A stretch of 64,000 bases of DNA from Actinomycetota bacterium (GCA_050692195.1 JBOGVA010000074.1:8309-72308); one strand, 5' to 3'. Numbered from the stretch's first letter, positions 1 to 10,423 are shown. A program made the numbers and translations. Notes: generated from the letters alone by a model not told the origin.

Positions 1-2
1 GA

Positions 3-107
3 GTCGGATCGTCTCGCCTCGACCTGACGTTCTCGTCGCACGAAGGTGTCACCGCGACCCAGGTCCCGCGCAAGGAGGGTGAGATCGAGGTCCTGATCAG
101 CCAGTGA
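3..107 (+). CDS. 3' end of an upstream gene (partial, ...EGEIEVLISQ*), function unknown
   Basis: Open frame running from the window edge to a TGA at 105-107, just upstream of the next gene start; codon usage matches the coding frame. Confidence 0.25.
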   Translation, partial: VGSSRLDLTFSSHEGVTATQVPRKEGEIEVLISQ

Positions 108-114
108 GGCGCCG

Positions 115-1185
115 ATGAACGACTCGCTCACGCTCGATGACTTCGAGGAGTCAGCCCGCGAGCTGCTTCCTCAGATGGTGTTCGACTACTACGCCGGCGG
201 CTCGGGCGACGAATGGACGCTGCGGGAGAACCGTCGCGCATTCGATCGGTGGATCATTCGTCCTCGCGTGCTTGTCGACGCATCGGATATGGACCTTCGA
301 ACCAGCGTCCTGGGACAGGCCGTGCCGTTTCCGATCCTCCTGGCCCCCACGGCCTTCCAGCGGATGGCTCACGATGAGGGCGAGCTGGCCACGGCCCGGG
401 CGGCCGCCTCGCTGGGGGCCCTCATGGTGGTGTCCACGATCGCCACCGTGTCCCTCGAGGCGATCGCCCACACCGGCGTCGCGCGCTGGTTTCAGCTCTA
501 CGTTCTGAAGGATCGGGACATCACCGCGGAGCTGGTGAAGCGGGCCGATGCGGCCGGCTACTCGGCGCTCGTGCTGACCGTGGACGCTCCGCTCCTGGGG
601 CGGCGGCTTCGAGACGAGCGCAACGCCTTCACGCTGCCGCCGGGGATCGGGCTCGCCAACCTTGAGGGGACCGGGCTTCCCGTGGTGGCCGGCTCGGGCC
701 TGTCCTCCTTCTTCCTGGACCGACACGACCCGACCCTCAACTGGGAGAGCGTCGCCTGGCTGCGCTCGCTGTCGTCCCTGCCCCTGGTCCTGAAGGGCGT
801 CCTCACTGCCGAAGACGCGACGTTGGCCGTGGAAGCCGGCGCCGACGCGGTGGTCGTGTCGAATCACGGGGGCAGGCAGCTCGACGGTGCCCCCGCCACC
901 ATGGATGTCCTACCCGAGATCGTCGAGGCGGTGTCCGGCCGCACCGAGGTCCTCGTCGACGGCGGGGTGCGGCGCGGGACGGACGTACTCAAGGCGCTGG
1001 CCCTGGGGGCTCGAGCCGTGCTGGTCGGGCGGCCCTACCTGTGGGGCCTGGCCGTCGACGGCGAGGCCGGGGTGCGGCGGGTCCTCGAGATCCTGCGGGA
1101 CGAGCTGACGCTGGCGATGGCCCTCGCCGGCCAGCCGTCCGTCGGCGGGATCGACCGCTCGCTGGTCGCGTCGGCGAGGACGTAG
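115..1185 (+). CDS. FMN-dependent alpha-hydroxy acid dehydrogenase (L-lactate dehydrogenase/glycolate oxidase family)
   Basis: 356 aa; N-terminal DYYAGGSGDE and conserved stretches (VLKGVLTAEDA, SNHGGRQLDG) typical of the LldD/glycolate oxidase FMN TIM-barrel family. Confidence 0.9.
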   Translation: MNDSLTLDDFEESARELLPQMVFDYYAGGSGDEWTLRENRRAFDRWIIRPRVLVDASDMDLRTSVLGQAVPFPILLAPTAFQRMAHDEGELATARAAASLGALMVVSTIATVSLEAIAHTGVARWFQLYVLKDRDITAELVKRADAAGYSALVLTVDAPLLGRRLRDERNAFTLPPGIGLANLEGTGLPVVAGSGLSSFFLDRHDPTLNWESVAWLRSLSSLPLVLKGVLTAEDATLAVEAGADAVVVSNHGGRQLDGAPATMDVLPEIVEAVSGRTEVLVDGGVRRGTDVLKALALGARAVLVGRPYLWGLAVDGEAGVRRVLEILRDELTLAMALAGQPSVGGIDRSLVASART

Positions 1186-1192
1186 CCGGCTC

Positions 1193-2062
1193 ATGGCCGG
1201 GATCGACCTGCATACCCACACCACTTATTCCGACGGGACCTTCACGCCGCGCGAGCTCATCCGGCTGGCTCGAGAGCGCGGGCTCGACGTGGTCGCGGTG
1301 ACCGATCACGACACCACGGCCGGCCTGGCCGAGGCGCTCGAGGCGGGCGCCGACCTGGGGGTCCATGTCGTTTCGGGTGTTGAGTTCTCCACGGTGCGCG
1401 ATGGCGAGGGGATCCACATACTCGGCTACTACATGGACGTGTCGGATCGATCGCTGGTGGCCGAGCTGCGGCGCCTGCGCGAGGACAGGTTCCGCCGGGG
1501 CGAACGGATGGTTGCCAGGCTGCAGGAGCTCGGGTACCCGATCTCCTTCGAGCGGGTCCAGGAGATCGCCGAGAGCGGCAACATCATCCGGCCTCATGTC
1601 GCTCAGGCCCTGGTCGAGGCGGGAGTGGTGCCCACCATCAAGGACGCCTTCACCGCCGAGCTGATCGGTGCGGGCGGCAGAGCGTACGTGGAGAAGGAGG
1701 CGCTGGAGCCCCTCGAGGCCCTGGGAGTGATCCACCGGGCGGGAGGGGTATGCGTCCTGGCTCATCCAGGAGCGTGGCGGGAGGCCGACTCCGTGCCAGA
1801 GGACCTGATCGACGAGCTCATCGGGGCGGGGCTCGACGGGATCGAGGCATCCCATCCGGAGCATCCTCCGGAGGTGGAGGCGCGCTACGTGGCCCTCGCC
1901 CAGAGGCGAGGCCTGATCTGGACCGGGTCCTCCGACTGTCACGGGACAAGATACGACCCTGTCCGACTGGGCATGCGTACAACCTCTGTCGAGCAATTCG
2001 AACGGCTCGAGGCGCGGGCCGCTGAGATCGGGCATCGCGGCCCCGAGGGAAGGGAGGTCTAG
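1193..2062 (+). CDS. PHP-domain metal-dependent phosphoesterase
   Basis: N-terminal IDLHTHTTYSDG and HHDT motifs of the polymerase/histidinol-phosphatase (PHP) family; 289 aa. Confidence 0.85.
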   Translation: MAGIDLHTHTTYSDGTFTPRELIRLARERGLDVVAVTDHDTTAGLAEALEAGADLGVHVVSGVEFSTVRDGEGIHILGYYMDVSDRSLVAELRRLREDRFRRGERMVARLQELGYPISFERVQEIAESGNIIRPHVAQALVEAGVVPTIKDAFTAELIGAGGRAYVEKEALEPLEALGVIHRAGGVCVLAHPGAWREADSVPEDLIDELIGAGLDGIEASHPEHPPEVEARYVALAQRRGLIWTGSSDCHGTRYDPVRLGMRTTSVEQFERLEARAAEIGHRGPEGREV

Positions 2063-2497
2063 GTGCGAAGTTATCTCGTCGTGGCGAACCAGACCCTCGG
2101 CGGCGACCACCTCATAGAGAAGGCGCGAGAGTACGCGGCGGCAGGTCCATGCCGCTTCCATATCGTGGTGCCCGCTACCCCGCCCGGCGAGCACCTCACG
2201 TGGACGGAGGGCGAGTCACACGCAATCGCCGAGCGCCGCCTCCAGCGGGCGCTCGAGCGGTTGCGAGGGCTAGGCCTCGAGGTGGACGGCGAGGTGGGAG
2301 ATGCCAGTCCGCTCCAGGCGATCGGGGATGCCCTGCGCCGAGGTCAGTTCGATGAAATCCTCCTCTCCACGTTGCCGCCCGGCCTGTCTCGTTGGTTGAA
2401 GCTTGACCTGCCGCATCGGGTGGAGCGATCCTTCGGAGTTCCGGTCGTGCACCTGGTCGGCGAGGTCGATCGAGAATCCAAGCCCACCCAGGAGTAG
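2063..2497 (+). CDS. hypothetical protein (possibly USP-like nucleotide-binding alpha/beta fold)
   Basis: 144-aa ORF starting immediately after the previous stop; coding-like codon usage; no strong motif recognised. Confidence 0.5.
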   Translation: MRSYLVVANQTLGGDHLIEKAREYAAAGPCRFHIVVPATPPGEHLTWTEGESHAIAERRLQRALERLRGLGLEVDGEVGDASPLQAIGDALRRGQFDEILLSTLPPGLSRWLKLDLPHRVERSFGVPVVHLVGEVDRESKPTQE

Positions 2498-2546
2498 GGC
2501 TTGCCGACCCCAGGCCACGCCGAAGGAAGCTCGAGAGAGGAGCGAG

Positions 2547-3200
2547 ATGGAGCAACCACCGCCCACTGCCCCGGCAAGGGCTTTGACCGCGTTCCAGAGT
2601 TTCGCCGGTACCGCCGCGATCGCCGTTGGAATCGGTGGATTGGTATACGCCATCCTGTTCGCCTACATCGTGGCCGGTGCACCCAGATGGATCCATGAAC
2701 TGTGGTTCCTCAGCCTGATGCTCGGCGCTGCCATGAGCACCCTCGTGATCGTGGCCGTGTACCTCTTGCTGCGCAGCGCCGATGAAGGCTTCGCTCTCTG
2801 GGCTCTTCTATTGGGCCTTGCCGGAACGCTGGGCGGGATCCTGCATGGCGCCTCGAACCTGCTCCGGATCCTCCGTCCCCCAAACGGCTTTGCGCTGACC
2901 TTCGACATTGTGGTCACGCTCGACCCGTTCGGCGTGCTCCGGTATGGAATGGCGGGGATGTCCCTGCTGGTGGTGGCCTTCCTGGTCCTCCGGGGCGGGC
3001 GGTTTCCAAACGGGCTCGGCTATCTCGCGTACGTGGGAGGCGCGCTCCTGGTCTTCATCTTCTTCGGACGGCTGGGGGATTTCATCACTCCGGACAACCG
3101 CGTCAGCCTGATCCCCCCGCTCCTGTTCGGGTTCGTCGTGTACCCCGCCTTCTACGTCTGGCTCGGGCTGGAGTTACGGCGGGGACCGCGGGGGTCCTGA
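2547..3200 (+). CDS. integral membrane protein, unknown function
   Basis: About 217 aa from an internal ATG (MEQPPPT...); multiple hydrophobic helices; the upstream part of ORF 2403-3200 overlaps the preceding gene. Confidence 0.55.
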   Translation: MEQPPPTAPARALTAFQSFAGTAAIAVGIGGLVYAILFAYIVAGAPRWIHELWFLSLMLGAAMSTLVIVAVYLLLRSADEGFALWALLLGLAGTLGGILHGASNLLRILRPPNGFALTFDIVVTLDPFGVLRYGMAGMSLLVVAFLVLRGGRFPNGLGYLAYVGGALLVFIFFGRLGDFITPDNRVSLIPPLLFGFVVYPAFYVWLGLELRRGPRGS

Positions 3201-3223
3201 AAGAACCCGGGCGGGCTCGCCCG

Positions 3224-3594
3224 CTACGGGCGCCTGATCCTTGCGGCGAGGAGGTCGCGGATGCTGACCACCCCCTTGACCTCCCGGCCCTCCACCACGG
3301 GGAGGTGCCGAAAGCCGCCTTGAAGCATGAGCTGGGCAGCCTCGTCGCTCGTCGTGTCGGGCGTGGCGGTGGTCGGATCCTTCGTCATCCACTCGGATGC
3401 CGGAGAGGTTGTGAGGTCCTTGCCGGAGGCCGCGGCCCGGAGTACGTCCCGCTCGCTCAGGATGCCGATCAGCCACGAGCCCTGCATCACGATCGCCGAG
3501 CCGACCCGGGCCTTGACCATCTCTCGTGCCACCTCTGCCACGGGCGTCTCCGCGGTCGTCTTCACGACGTCCCCGGACATGATGTCTTGCATCA
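3224..3594 (-). CDS. CBS-domain protein
   Basis: Tandem CBS-like segments (IMSGDVVKT...VGSAIVM; ...FRHLPVV....VVSIRDLL); start taken at MQDIMSGDVV. Confidence 0.8.
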
Positions 3595-3620
3595 CAGCCA
3601 CGGTGCCTCCTGGATCTCGC

Positions 3621-4297
3621 CTAGCCGCTTCCGCCGACCTCGTCGAGGTCCGGGTCACGGGGAGGGACGGCCGCCTCCGCCAGCTCCTCGTTCAACAGCC
3701 GCCACAGAGATCCCGTCCACGAGGTGATGTCCGGCCACTTCTTCCAGAACACCTGGAGGCTGGTCTCGTCGAACGTACGGTGGGCCTCGTCTGCCGTCAC
3801 GGAGTCGGCCACCTCCTCGAGCTTGGTGATCGCCTCCAGGAAGCGATCGGAGTTGTTCTCCACGGACGCTCCTTTCCCGGTTCGCAGTGTATGCCGCTCG
3901 GGGGAGGGAGGCCACGGGTGGGTCGGCCCTCCGACACGAACTCTGCACATACTCAGGTCCGCCTCCACAGTGACCCGCCGATCCTGTGGGTGGTACACGA
4001 GGTTCAGGCCGAGGCTCTCGTACAGCTCACTCTTCTTTGCTGGATCGGCCTGCTCGAGTACCTTGACCAGGTCGCCCAACTCGTCCACGAGGCACGGAGC
4101 TCATCGGCGCTCACCGCCCGGACAGTCGAGGCTCGGGTCTCACGCTCCGTCCGGAGCCGAAGCTCGGTCACTTCCTGAATCCAACCTGGCCAGGTGCGCC
4201 CGCTACGAGTGGCTTCACTCGGTGAATCCTGGCGTCTGCTGAGCCCTTGGGCAGTGGTCTGACTGATCCAAGAGGCGTCCCCGACGTCTCGGCACAA
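3621..4297 (-). pseudogene. decayed remnant of a large serine recombinase gene (C-terminal coiled-coil/zinc-ribbon region), frameshifted, with an intact 155-aa ORF (3621-4088) of uncertain function
   Basis: Two adjacent minus-strand frames give recombinase-C-terminus-like text (...RLRTERETRASTVRAV-SADEL... then VDELGDLVKVLEQADPAKKSELYESLGLNLVYHPQDRRVTVEAD); a TGA separates the frames; no intact recombinase catalytic domain present. Confidence 0.3.
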
Positions 4298-4417
4298 TTT
4301 GGTACTGGCACGCCGGGATCACGGTTGGCCGCCCTTCTCCCCAAGTCGTGTGAGCACCCTTTCTCGAAACATGGGAGGCGCCCATAATCGAGGCGGCGCG
4401 CTTGGAGAGGTGAAAGC

Positions 4418-6505
4418 GTGAGGAACCGGATCGCCGTGAAGGCCCGTACTCGGTCTCCGTGGATCGTGTACGCGATCACGGTGCTCCTCGCCGCCGGCAC
4501 CATCACCCTGAGCGTCTTGAACGGGAGCCTGGCCGAGGATTCGTTCCTCATCTCGATCTTCCTCACGATGGTCGTGGGCTACTCCACCGTCGGCGCGCTG
4601 ATCGCGTCGCGGAACCGGATCGGATGGGTGATGATGGCGGCCGGCCTGTCGCTGATCATCGCGGGCTTCGGCGATGAGTACCTCCGCTACGGCTTGGAGA
4701 CCAATCCGGGTTCCCTCCCCGGTGCGCGGCTCGCCGCCCTGTTGTCGAACCTCGCATGGGGCCCGCTACTCGTGGTCTTGATCTTGGTCGTACTCCTCTT
4801 CCCTACCGGCCGGGTCCCCGGGCCGAGGTGGCGGTTCCTTCCACCGGCGATCCTCGCGCTGTTCACACTCGGCCTCTTCGGAACCGTGCTTGCCCCCGGA
4901 ACGATCGACGCCGCTGTGCACGTCGAGAACCCCATCGGCGTCGAAGCGCTTGGCGGCGTCACCGACTTTGCACAGGCCGTCGGGTTCATCGGCCTGCTCC
5001 CGCCCCTGGCCCTATCGATCGGCGCGCTGGTCCTCCGGTACCGCAGGTCGAAAGGAGATGAACGCCAGCAGATCCGGTGGCTCCTGTACGTCGTGGCGGT
5101 CGTCGCCCTGTTGATCCTCGTCGGGATCGTTGGTGATCTCCTCGCGGAGGGAGACCCGTTCGGAGACGTCCTGTTCATCACGATCGTCGCGTTGGTCGGG
5201 ATCGGTGTCCCCTCCGCCATCGGCGTCGCCATCCTCAAGTATCGGCTCTACGACCTCGACCTGGTCATCAAGAAGACGGTGCTATCCGTCACGGTCGCCG
5301 CTCTCCTGACGGCGCTGTTCGTGGCCGTCGGCTTCGCTGTGGGGGCCATCGGGGGGAGGACGCAGACGGGGGCCGTCGTGGCGGCCGCGGCCATCGGACT
5401 GGCGTTCTGGCCTGCTGTTCGCCTGGCGAGGCGAGTGGCGGACCGGGTGGTCTACGGCCGACGGGCCACCCCGTACGAGGTGCTCGCCGACTTCTCCGCT
5501 CGGCTCGCCGGATCCTACGGGGCGGACGACGTGCTGCCGCGGATGGCGACCATCCTGGCGGGGGGGGTCGGGGCGAGCCGGGCGGTGGTATGGCTGCGTG
5601 TGGGGAACGAGCTCAGGCCCGCCGCGGTGGCTCCGGATGCCGAGCGGTTGCCGGATCCCGTCCGCCTCCACGCCGACGCCCTCCCGGACCTTTCGGCCGA
5701 CGCGGCGTTCGAGGTCCGCGACAGAGATGAGTTGCTTGGAGCCCTCGCAGTCTCGATGCCCACGAACGATCCCATGAATCCATCCAAGGACCGCCTCGCG
5801 CGCGACCTCGCGTCGCAGGCAGGGCTCGTGCTGCGCAACGTTCGGCTGATCGAAGAGCTGCGGGCGTCGCGCCAGCGCCTGGTGGCCGCCCAGGACGAGG
5901 AGCGCCGCAGGCTCGAGCGCAACCTCCACGATGGCGCCCAGCAGCAGCTGGTGGCGCTCGCTGTGAAGCAGCGGCTCGCCGAGAACTTCATCCGCGGGGA
6001 TCCGGATAGGGCCGCCCAGATGCTGGCCGAGCTGCAGACCGAGACCGTGGAGGCTCTGGAGAATCTGAGGGACCTGGCCAGGGGCATCTACCCGCCCCTC
6101 CTCGCGGATCAGGGGCTTACGGCGGCGCTGGAGGCCCAGGCGCGAAAGACGCCGGTCGCCGTGACGATCGAGACCGATGGCATCGGCCGGTACGCGCAGG
6201 AGATCGAGGCCGCCACCTACTTCTGTTGCCTCGAGGCCCTCCAGAACGTGGCGAAGTACGCGGAAGCATCAAAGGCAACGGTGCGGATCATCGACGAGGA
6301 GGGCTGGCTCAGCTTCGTGGTGGCGGATGATGGCGCCGGATTCGATCCCGCCGAGACCCCCTTAGGGACGGGCCTTCAGGGTATGGCGGATCGGGTCCAA
6401 GCGCTCGGTGGGACCTTGGAGGTTCGATCCCGGCCGGGGGAGGGCACGACCCTCACGGGACGGATTCCGACTCGCTCGTCCGTGCTGAATTGGTCGGCTG
6501 GCTAA
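4418..6505 (+). CDS. membrane sensor histidine kinase (HisKA_3 dimerisation domain plus HATPase_c), orphan
   Basis: 695 aa; multi-TM N-terminus; LVAAQDEERRRLERNLHDGAQQQL H-box; C-terminal ATPase motifs (DDGAGFD, GxGLxGMADR); no response regulator adjacent. Confidence 0.85.
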   Translation: MRNRIAVKARTRSPWIVYAITVLLAAGTITLSVLNGSLAEDSFLISIFLTMVVGYSTVGALIASRNRIGWVMMAAGLSLIIAGFGDEYLRYGLETNPGSLPGARLAALLSNLAWGPLLVVLILVVLLFPTGRVPGPRWRFLPPAILALFTLGLFGTVLAPGTIDAAVHVENPIGVEALGGVTDFAQAVGFIGLLPPLALSIGALVLRYRRSKGDERQQIRWLLYVVAVVALLILVGIVGDLLAEGDPFGDVLFITIVALVGIGVPSAIGVAILKYRLYDLDLVIKKTVLSVTVAALLTALFVAVGFAVGAIGGRTQTGAVVAAAAIGLAFWPAVRLARRVADRVVYGRRATPYEVLADFSARLAGSYGADDVLPRMATILAGGVGASRAVVWLRVGNELRPAAVAPDAERLPDPVRLHADALPDLSADAAFEVRDRDELLGALAVSMPTNDPMNPSKDRLARDLASQAGLVLRNVRLIEELRASRQRLVAAQDEERRRLERNLHDGAQQQLVALAVKQRLAENFIRGDPDRAAQMLAELQTETVEALENLRDLARGIYPPLLADQGLTAALEAQARKTPVAVTIETDGIGRYAQEIEAATYFCCLEALQNVAKYAEASKATVRIIDEEGWLSFVVADDGAGFDPAETPLGTGLQGMADRVQALGGTLEVRSRPGEGTTLTGRIPTRSSVLNWSAG

Positions 6506-6609
6506 GCCGGTCACGCTGCGAGAGCGAACTCTCCATGCAGCACAACGCATGTGGTTATGGTTCGAATCGGCCCCCGACGCTTCGCCCTCCGCGTGAGACA
6601 CTGGGCCAC

Positions 6610-6894
6610 GTGGACGATGACGAGAAGCTCCTTCGCTGGGCGGAGAGGGCGCTGACCGAGATCAAGGTCGCGCAGGGGCTTACGGACGACCATGCGTCCG
6701 TGCTGGCCGCGCTTCGGATCAGGCTCCGCGGCGACCCCGGGAAGAAGCTCGAGGATCTGTTGACCGCAGCTGGAGACCTCGAGTCCGGCTCGAAGCTCGA
6801 GAAGCTCCTGGAGGACAAGCCCGAACCGGGTCGGACGCTCGACGACGTCCTCTCGCAGCGACCGAAGCCCAAGCCGGAGTGGCCCTCGGGTTGA
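6610..6894 (+). CDS. hypothetical small acidic protein
   Basis: Coding-like GC3-rich frame downstream of the kinase; start uncertain (GTG near 6610 or ATG at 6535). Confidence 0.35.
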   Translation: MDDDEKLLRWAERALTEIKVAQGLTDDHASVLAALRIRLRGDPGKKLEDLLTAAGDLESGSKLEKLLEDKPEPGRTLDDVLSQRPKPKPEWPSG

Positions 6895-6900
6895 TCCAGG

Positions 6901-8088
6901 CTATGTCGGCCCGAAGCGATCGGGGGCAAACGGGCCGGCATCGAATGGGGCCTCTTGGCCCAAGATGGTCGAGGTCGCCAGCCGGGCCGTTCCGCCCGCC
7001 AGGATGATCCCGAGGGAGCCGTGCCCGGTAGCCAGGAACAGGCCATCGCCGGCCGGCCCCACGATGGGCAGCCCATCAGAGGTCATCGGTCTGACTCCCC
7101 ACCACGCCGATAGGAACGCGGCTTCGGCGAGACGAGGGACGAGCCGTATCGCGTCGCGCAGCAGCTTCCGGGGAATGCTGGAGTCCTCGGGCTCTCCGGC
7201 CACTGTGGCCTGACGCGACCCTCCCACCAGGACGGTCCCGTCGGCGTTCGGCTGGAGGAGAGTGCCGGTGGTCGTGGCAGGACCCGCCTCCATGACCTCC
7301 TCGGCCAGGGTCGGAGAGAGGCCCTCCGGATCGGGCGGGGAATGCCAGCCGGCCCGCCCGATCACTCGCGTGACGGGTAACCGCCTTGGGGCAAGGTGGA
7401 CAAGCCATCCTCTCGCCCCCGTCACCGGGAGGTGATGGCCCAGGGGACGAAGGAGAGCCGCCGACCAGGGCCCCGCCGCCAGGACCACCGTGTGCGCTTC
7501 GGCCGGTCCCTCGTCGGTGATCACGCCGCGAACCCTGCCTCCTTCTGCGAGCAGGGCGCGGACCGCGACGTGGGTGCGGACATCCGCTCCCTCCTGTCGG
7601 GCCAGCAACGCCAGCGCGACGGTGAGAGCGGCGGGATCGACCCGGCGAGCGTCCTCCAACAGCCAACCCTCCGAGAGATCGGGCGACAGCTCCGGCTCCA
7701 GATCCAACAGAGCTCGCCTGTCCAGCGGCTCGATCCGCACGCCGCAGTTCGCGGCGGCTTCGGCCTCCAACCGTCCCGCCGTGCGTTCGGCGTCGTCGTC
7801 TCCGGCGACCAGGAGGAAGCCGATCGGCCGGGCATCGAGACGGATCGGAAGAGGAGCGGCCGCGGCCACCTCCTCGTACATCGCCGTGCTGGCTCGAGCC
7901 ATCGGCACCATCAGCGGATCCAACGGTGAAAGAAGGAGACCGTGGTTTCGGCCGGAAGCGCCGGCGGCGAGTTCCTCCCGCTCGAGGAGCACAACCTTGG
8001 CCCCCCGTCGGGCCAGCTCGTATGCGCAGGCGCAGCCGACCACCCCGCCTCCGACCACCAACGCGTCAGTTTGTTGGTGCATGGCCAA
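6901..8088 (-). CDS. FAD-dependent oxidoreductase (DAO family; glycine/D-amino-acid oxidase-like)
   Basis: N-terminal DALVVGGGVVGCACAYELARRGAKVVLLE Rossmann FAD-binding fingerprint; 395 aa. Confidence 0.85.
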   Translation of the reverse strand: MAMHQQTDALVVGGGVVGCACAYELARRGAKVVLLEREELAAGASGRNHGLLLSPLDPLMVPMARASTAMYEEVAAAAPLPIRLDARPIGFLLVAGDDDAERTAGRLEAEAAANCGVRIEPLDRRALLDLEPELSPDLSEGWLLEDARRVDPAALTVALALLARQEGADVRTHVAVRALLAEGGRVRGVITDEGPAEAHTVVLAAGPWSAALLRPLGHHLPVTGARGWLVHLAPRRLPVTRVIGRAGWHSPPDPEGLSPTLAEEVMEAGPATTTGTLLQPNADGTVLVGGSRQATVAGEPEDSSIPRKLLRDAIRLVPRLAEAAFLSAWWGVRPMTSDGLPIVGPAGDGLFLATGHGSLGIILAGGTARLATSTILGQEAPFDAGPFAPDRFGPT

Positions 8089-8144
8089 AGGCTAGTCGGC
8101 CGGGGCTCGCCGGGTGGAACAGGGATGGGGAAGAAGAAGTTCGC

Positions 8145-9014
8145 CTAGAAGCCGACCGTCGCCCGCATCCATCCGGCCGCGTGCCAGGCAGTCTCCAACT
8201 GCTCCTCGGATCCCTGGTCGAGCCGCACCGTGGTGGTCTCGGGGACGACCGTCACGTCGGCTTCGCCGTCGCCGGCTCCCTTCTCCTTCGGTGGCGGCGA
8301 GGAGGTGACGTCGTCACGTTCGGAGCCGGCCTCACTGGCACCCTGCTCGATGGGGGCCAGGGCGGTGCACAGAAATGAGAGCTCGTTCAGGCTTTCGTCG
8401 ATCGAGGACAGTGCATCCGCCAGCGGAGCCAGCGCTTGCTTGATCCGCTCGGGAATGTCCTCGATCTGGACCCGGATGCCGTCGAGCCTGGATCTCACGT
8501 TGCCGACAGCCGGCTCCATCGCGTGGCGCCATGTCGCGAGCCTGGACACCTCGGCCTGGATGCTTTGCCACACCTCGGTGGATCGGGCTATCTGCTCCCG
8601 GGCGGAGGCCGCGGCGCGATCGATGATGCGGGCCGCTCCCTCCTGGGCGACGCTCATGATCCGTGTCAGTTCCTCGACCACGAACGAGGAGACGGTCTCG
8701 CGGGCGGGAGCGATCGGCGCCTCCACGGGAGCCTCGCTCGGAACGGAGACCGTCTCCTCCTCACCGGAGGGCGGTTCGGCCTCGGCGATCGACGCCATCT
8801 GTAGCCGCAGCAGCTCGAGCTGTTGGTCCAGACGCGAGTTCTGAGCCTTCAGATCGACCAGTTCGCTCTCCAGCTCGCCCACCTTCGCCTCCGCGGCGCG
8901 AACCCGGGACTCGGCCTCGCGAAGAATGCGGTCACGGTCCTCGATCAACTTGATCACGACCTTACGGCGGTAGCCGAACAGGCTTCTGCTCAGGCCCATC
9001 ACATTCCCACCCAT
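8145..9014 (-). CDS. DivIVA-domain coiled-coil protein
   Basis: From internal start MGGNVMGLSRSLFGYRRK...; N-terminal DivIVA-like segment followed by long heptad coiled coil; the upstream part of ORF 8145-9824 is a spurious extension overlapping the aminotransferase on the same strand in another frame. Confidence 0.6.
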   Translation of the reverse strand: MGGNVMGLSRSLFGYRRKVVIKLIEDRDRILREAESRVRAAEAKVGELESELVDLKAQNSRLDQQLELLRLQMASIAEAEPPSGEEETVSVPSEAPVEAPIAPARETVSSFVVEELTRIMSVAQEGAARIIDRAAASAREQIARSTEVWQSIQAEVSRLATWRHAMEPAVGNVRSRLDGIRVQIEDIPERIKQALAPLADALSSIDESLNELSFLCTALAPIEQGASEAGSERDDVTSSPPPKEKGAGDGEADVTVVPETTTVRLDQGSEEQLETAWHAAGWMRATVGF

Positions 9015-9115
9015 TCCATCCCTCCGGTCTGCTGCGCGCAAGAAAAGTATGGGTGGGTTGGCACGTCGGTTCAACGACCTCACGAGAGCGTTTCCGAGTG
9101 CGCTATGAAGAGTTG

Positions 9116-10423
9116 TCAGAGGGAGGCGAGCGCTCGGGCGGTCTTCTCCACGGCTTCGGACAGCTCCGCGTCGGTGATGATGAAGGGGGGACCGAGCATG
9201 ATGAGATCGCCTTCCGTACCGTCGGCGCAGCCGGTGGAGGAGTAGAGGAGCAGTCCGTCCTCGTTGGCCGCCGCGACCACTCGCTCCGTGACCCTCGCCG
9301 CGCGGGGAAAGGGCTGCTTGGTGGCGCGGTCTCGAACCAGCTCGATGCCGATCATCAGCCCGAGTCCCCGGACGTCGCCCACGTAAGAGTGGTCGGCCAG
9401 CGCCGCGGTGAGCTCCTTCAGGAGACGCTCGCCTTTCTCGCGGCTGGCTTCGACCAGGGATGCTTCCTTCAGGCGCCGCAGCACCGCCCGCGCGACAGCC
9501 GCTCCGGTAGCCGAGTGCGAGTGGGTGAAGCCGTGCACGAATCCACCGGCGCTCACAGTGTCGATGACCTCGCCCGAGCACGCGACCAGACCGAGGGGCT
9601 AGTAACCCGAAGACGCTCCCTTCCCCCCAACGAGTATGTCCGGACGGACTCCCCAGTGGTCGCACCCGAACCAGGTCCCCGTGCGGCCGAACCCCGTCAT
9701 CACCTCGTCGGCCACCAGCAGGACTCCGTGGGAGCGGCATACGGCGGCGACGGCCGGCCAGTAGTCGTCGGGCGGGACGGCCGCGCCGAGCGTCGCTCCC
9801 ACCACCGGCTCGGCGATGAAGCACGCGACGGTCTCCGGGCCTTCCCGCCGGATCGTCTCATCCAGCATTGCCGCATGCCGCTCCCCGCACCGTTCGGGAT
9901 GCGTGGGGAGCGGGCATCGATACTCGTAGGCCGCCGGGACGTGAAGGGTACGGCCCAGCCATGGCTCGTATGGTCCGCGGAGCGGCTCTCGCCCCGACGC
10001 GTCGAGGGCCCCCAGCGTGTTGCCGTGGTACGAGCCCCGGCGGGCGATGACCTTGTGCCGGCTCGGCTCGCCCCGTGCGAGGTGGTAGGCACGGGCGAGC
10101 TTCAGGGCGGTCTCCACGGCCTCGCTTCCCCCGGACACGGGATAGATGCGTGCGTCATCGACGGGCAGCAACGGCGCCAGCTCGCGCGCGTACTCCTCGA
10201 GTGCGTCGCTCGTGAACTGGGTCCCGTGCACGTAGGAGACGTGACGAGCCTGCTCGACCATGGCCTCGATCACTGCCCGGTCGCCGTGGCCGACGTTCAC
10301 CACGATGGCGCCGCCGGAGGCATCGAGGTACCGCTTCCCATCCGTGCCCCAGATCGAGGCTCCCTCCGCCCGCGCCACCACGGGGAGGTCCCGCCCGAAC
10401 ACCCGCGGGAAGACGTGAGTCAT
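9116..10423 (-). pseudogene. class III (omega) aminotransferase interrupted by one in-frame TAG codon (at about 9599-9601)
   Basis: ORFs 9599-10480 and 9116-9556 are in the same frame; together they give a complete class III aminotransferase whose GKGASSGY-*-PLGLVACSGEV motif is split by an amber codon at the position normally holding W/L/Q. Confidence 0.65.

Noticed and set aside
9596-9604. Pyrrolysine/selenocysteine-type recoding of the in-frame TAG
   Set aside because: No Pyl machinery context is expected in a high-GC actinobacterium, and the position is a variable residue rather than a catalytic one. A sequencing error or nonsense mutation is more parsimonious.
9015-9824. N-terminal 270 aa of ORF 8145-9824
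   Set aside because: It overlaps the conserved aminotransferase in another frame and is compositionally biased. The real DivIVA-like gene starts at the internal Met near 9014.
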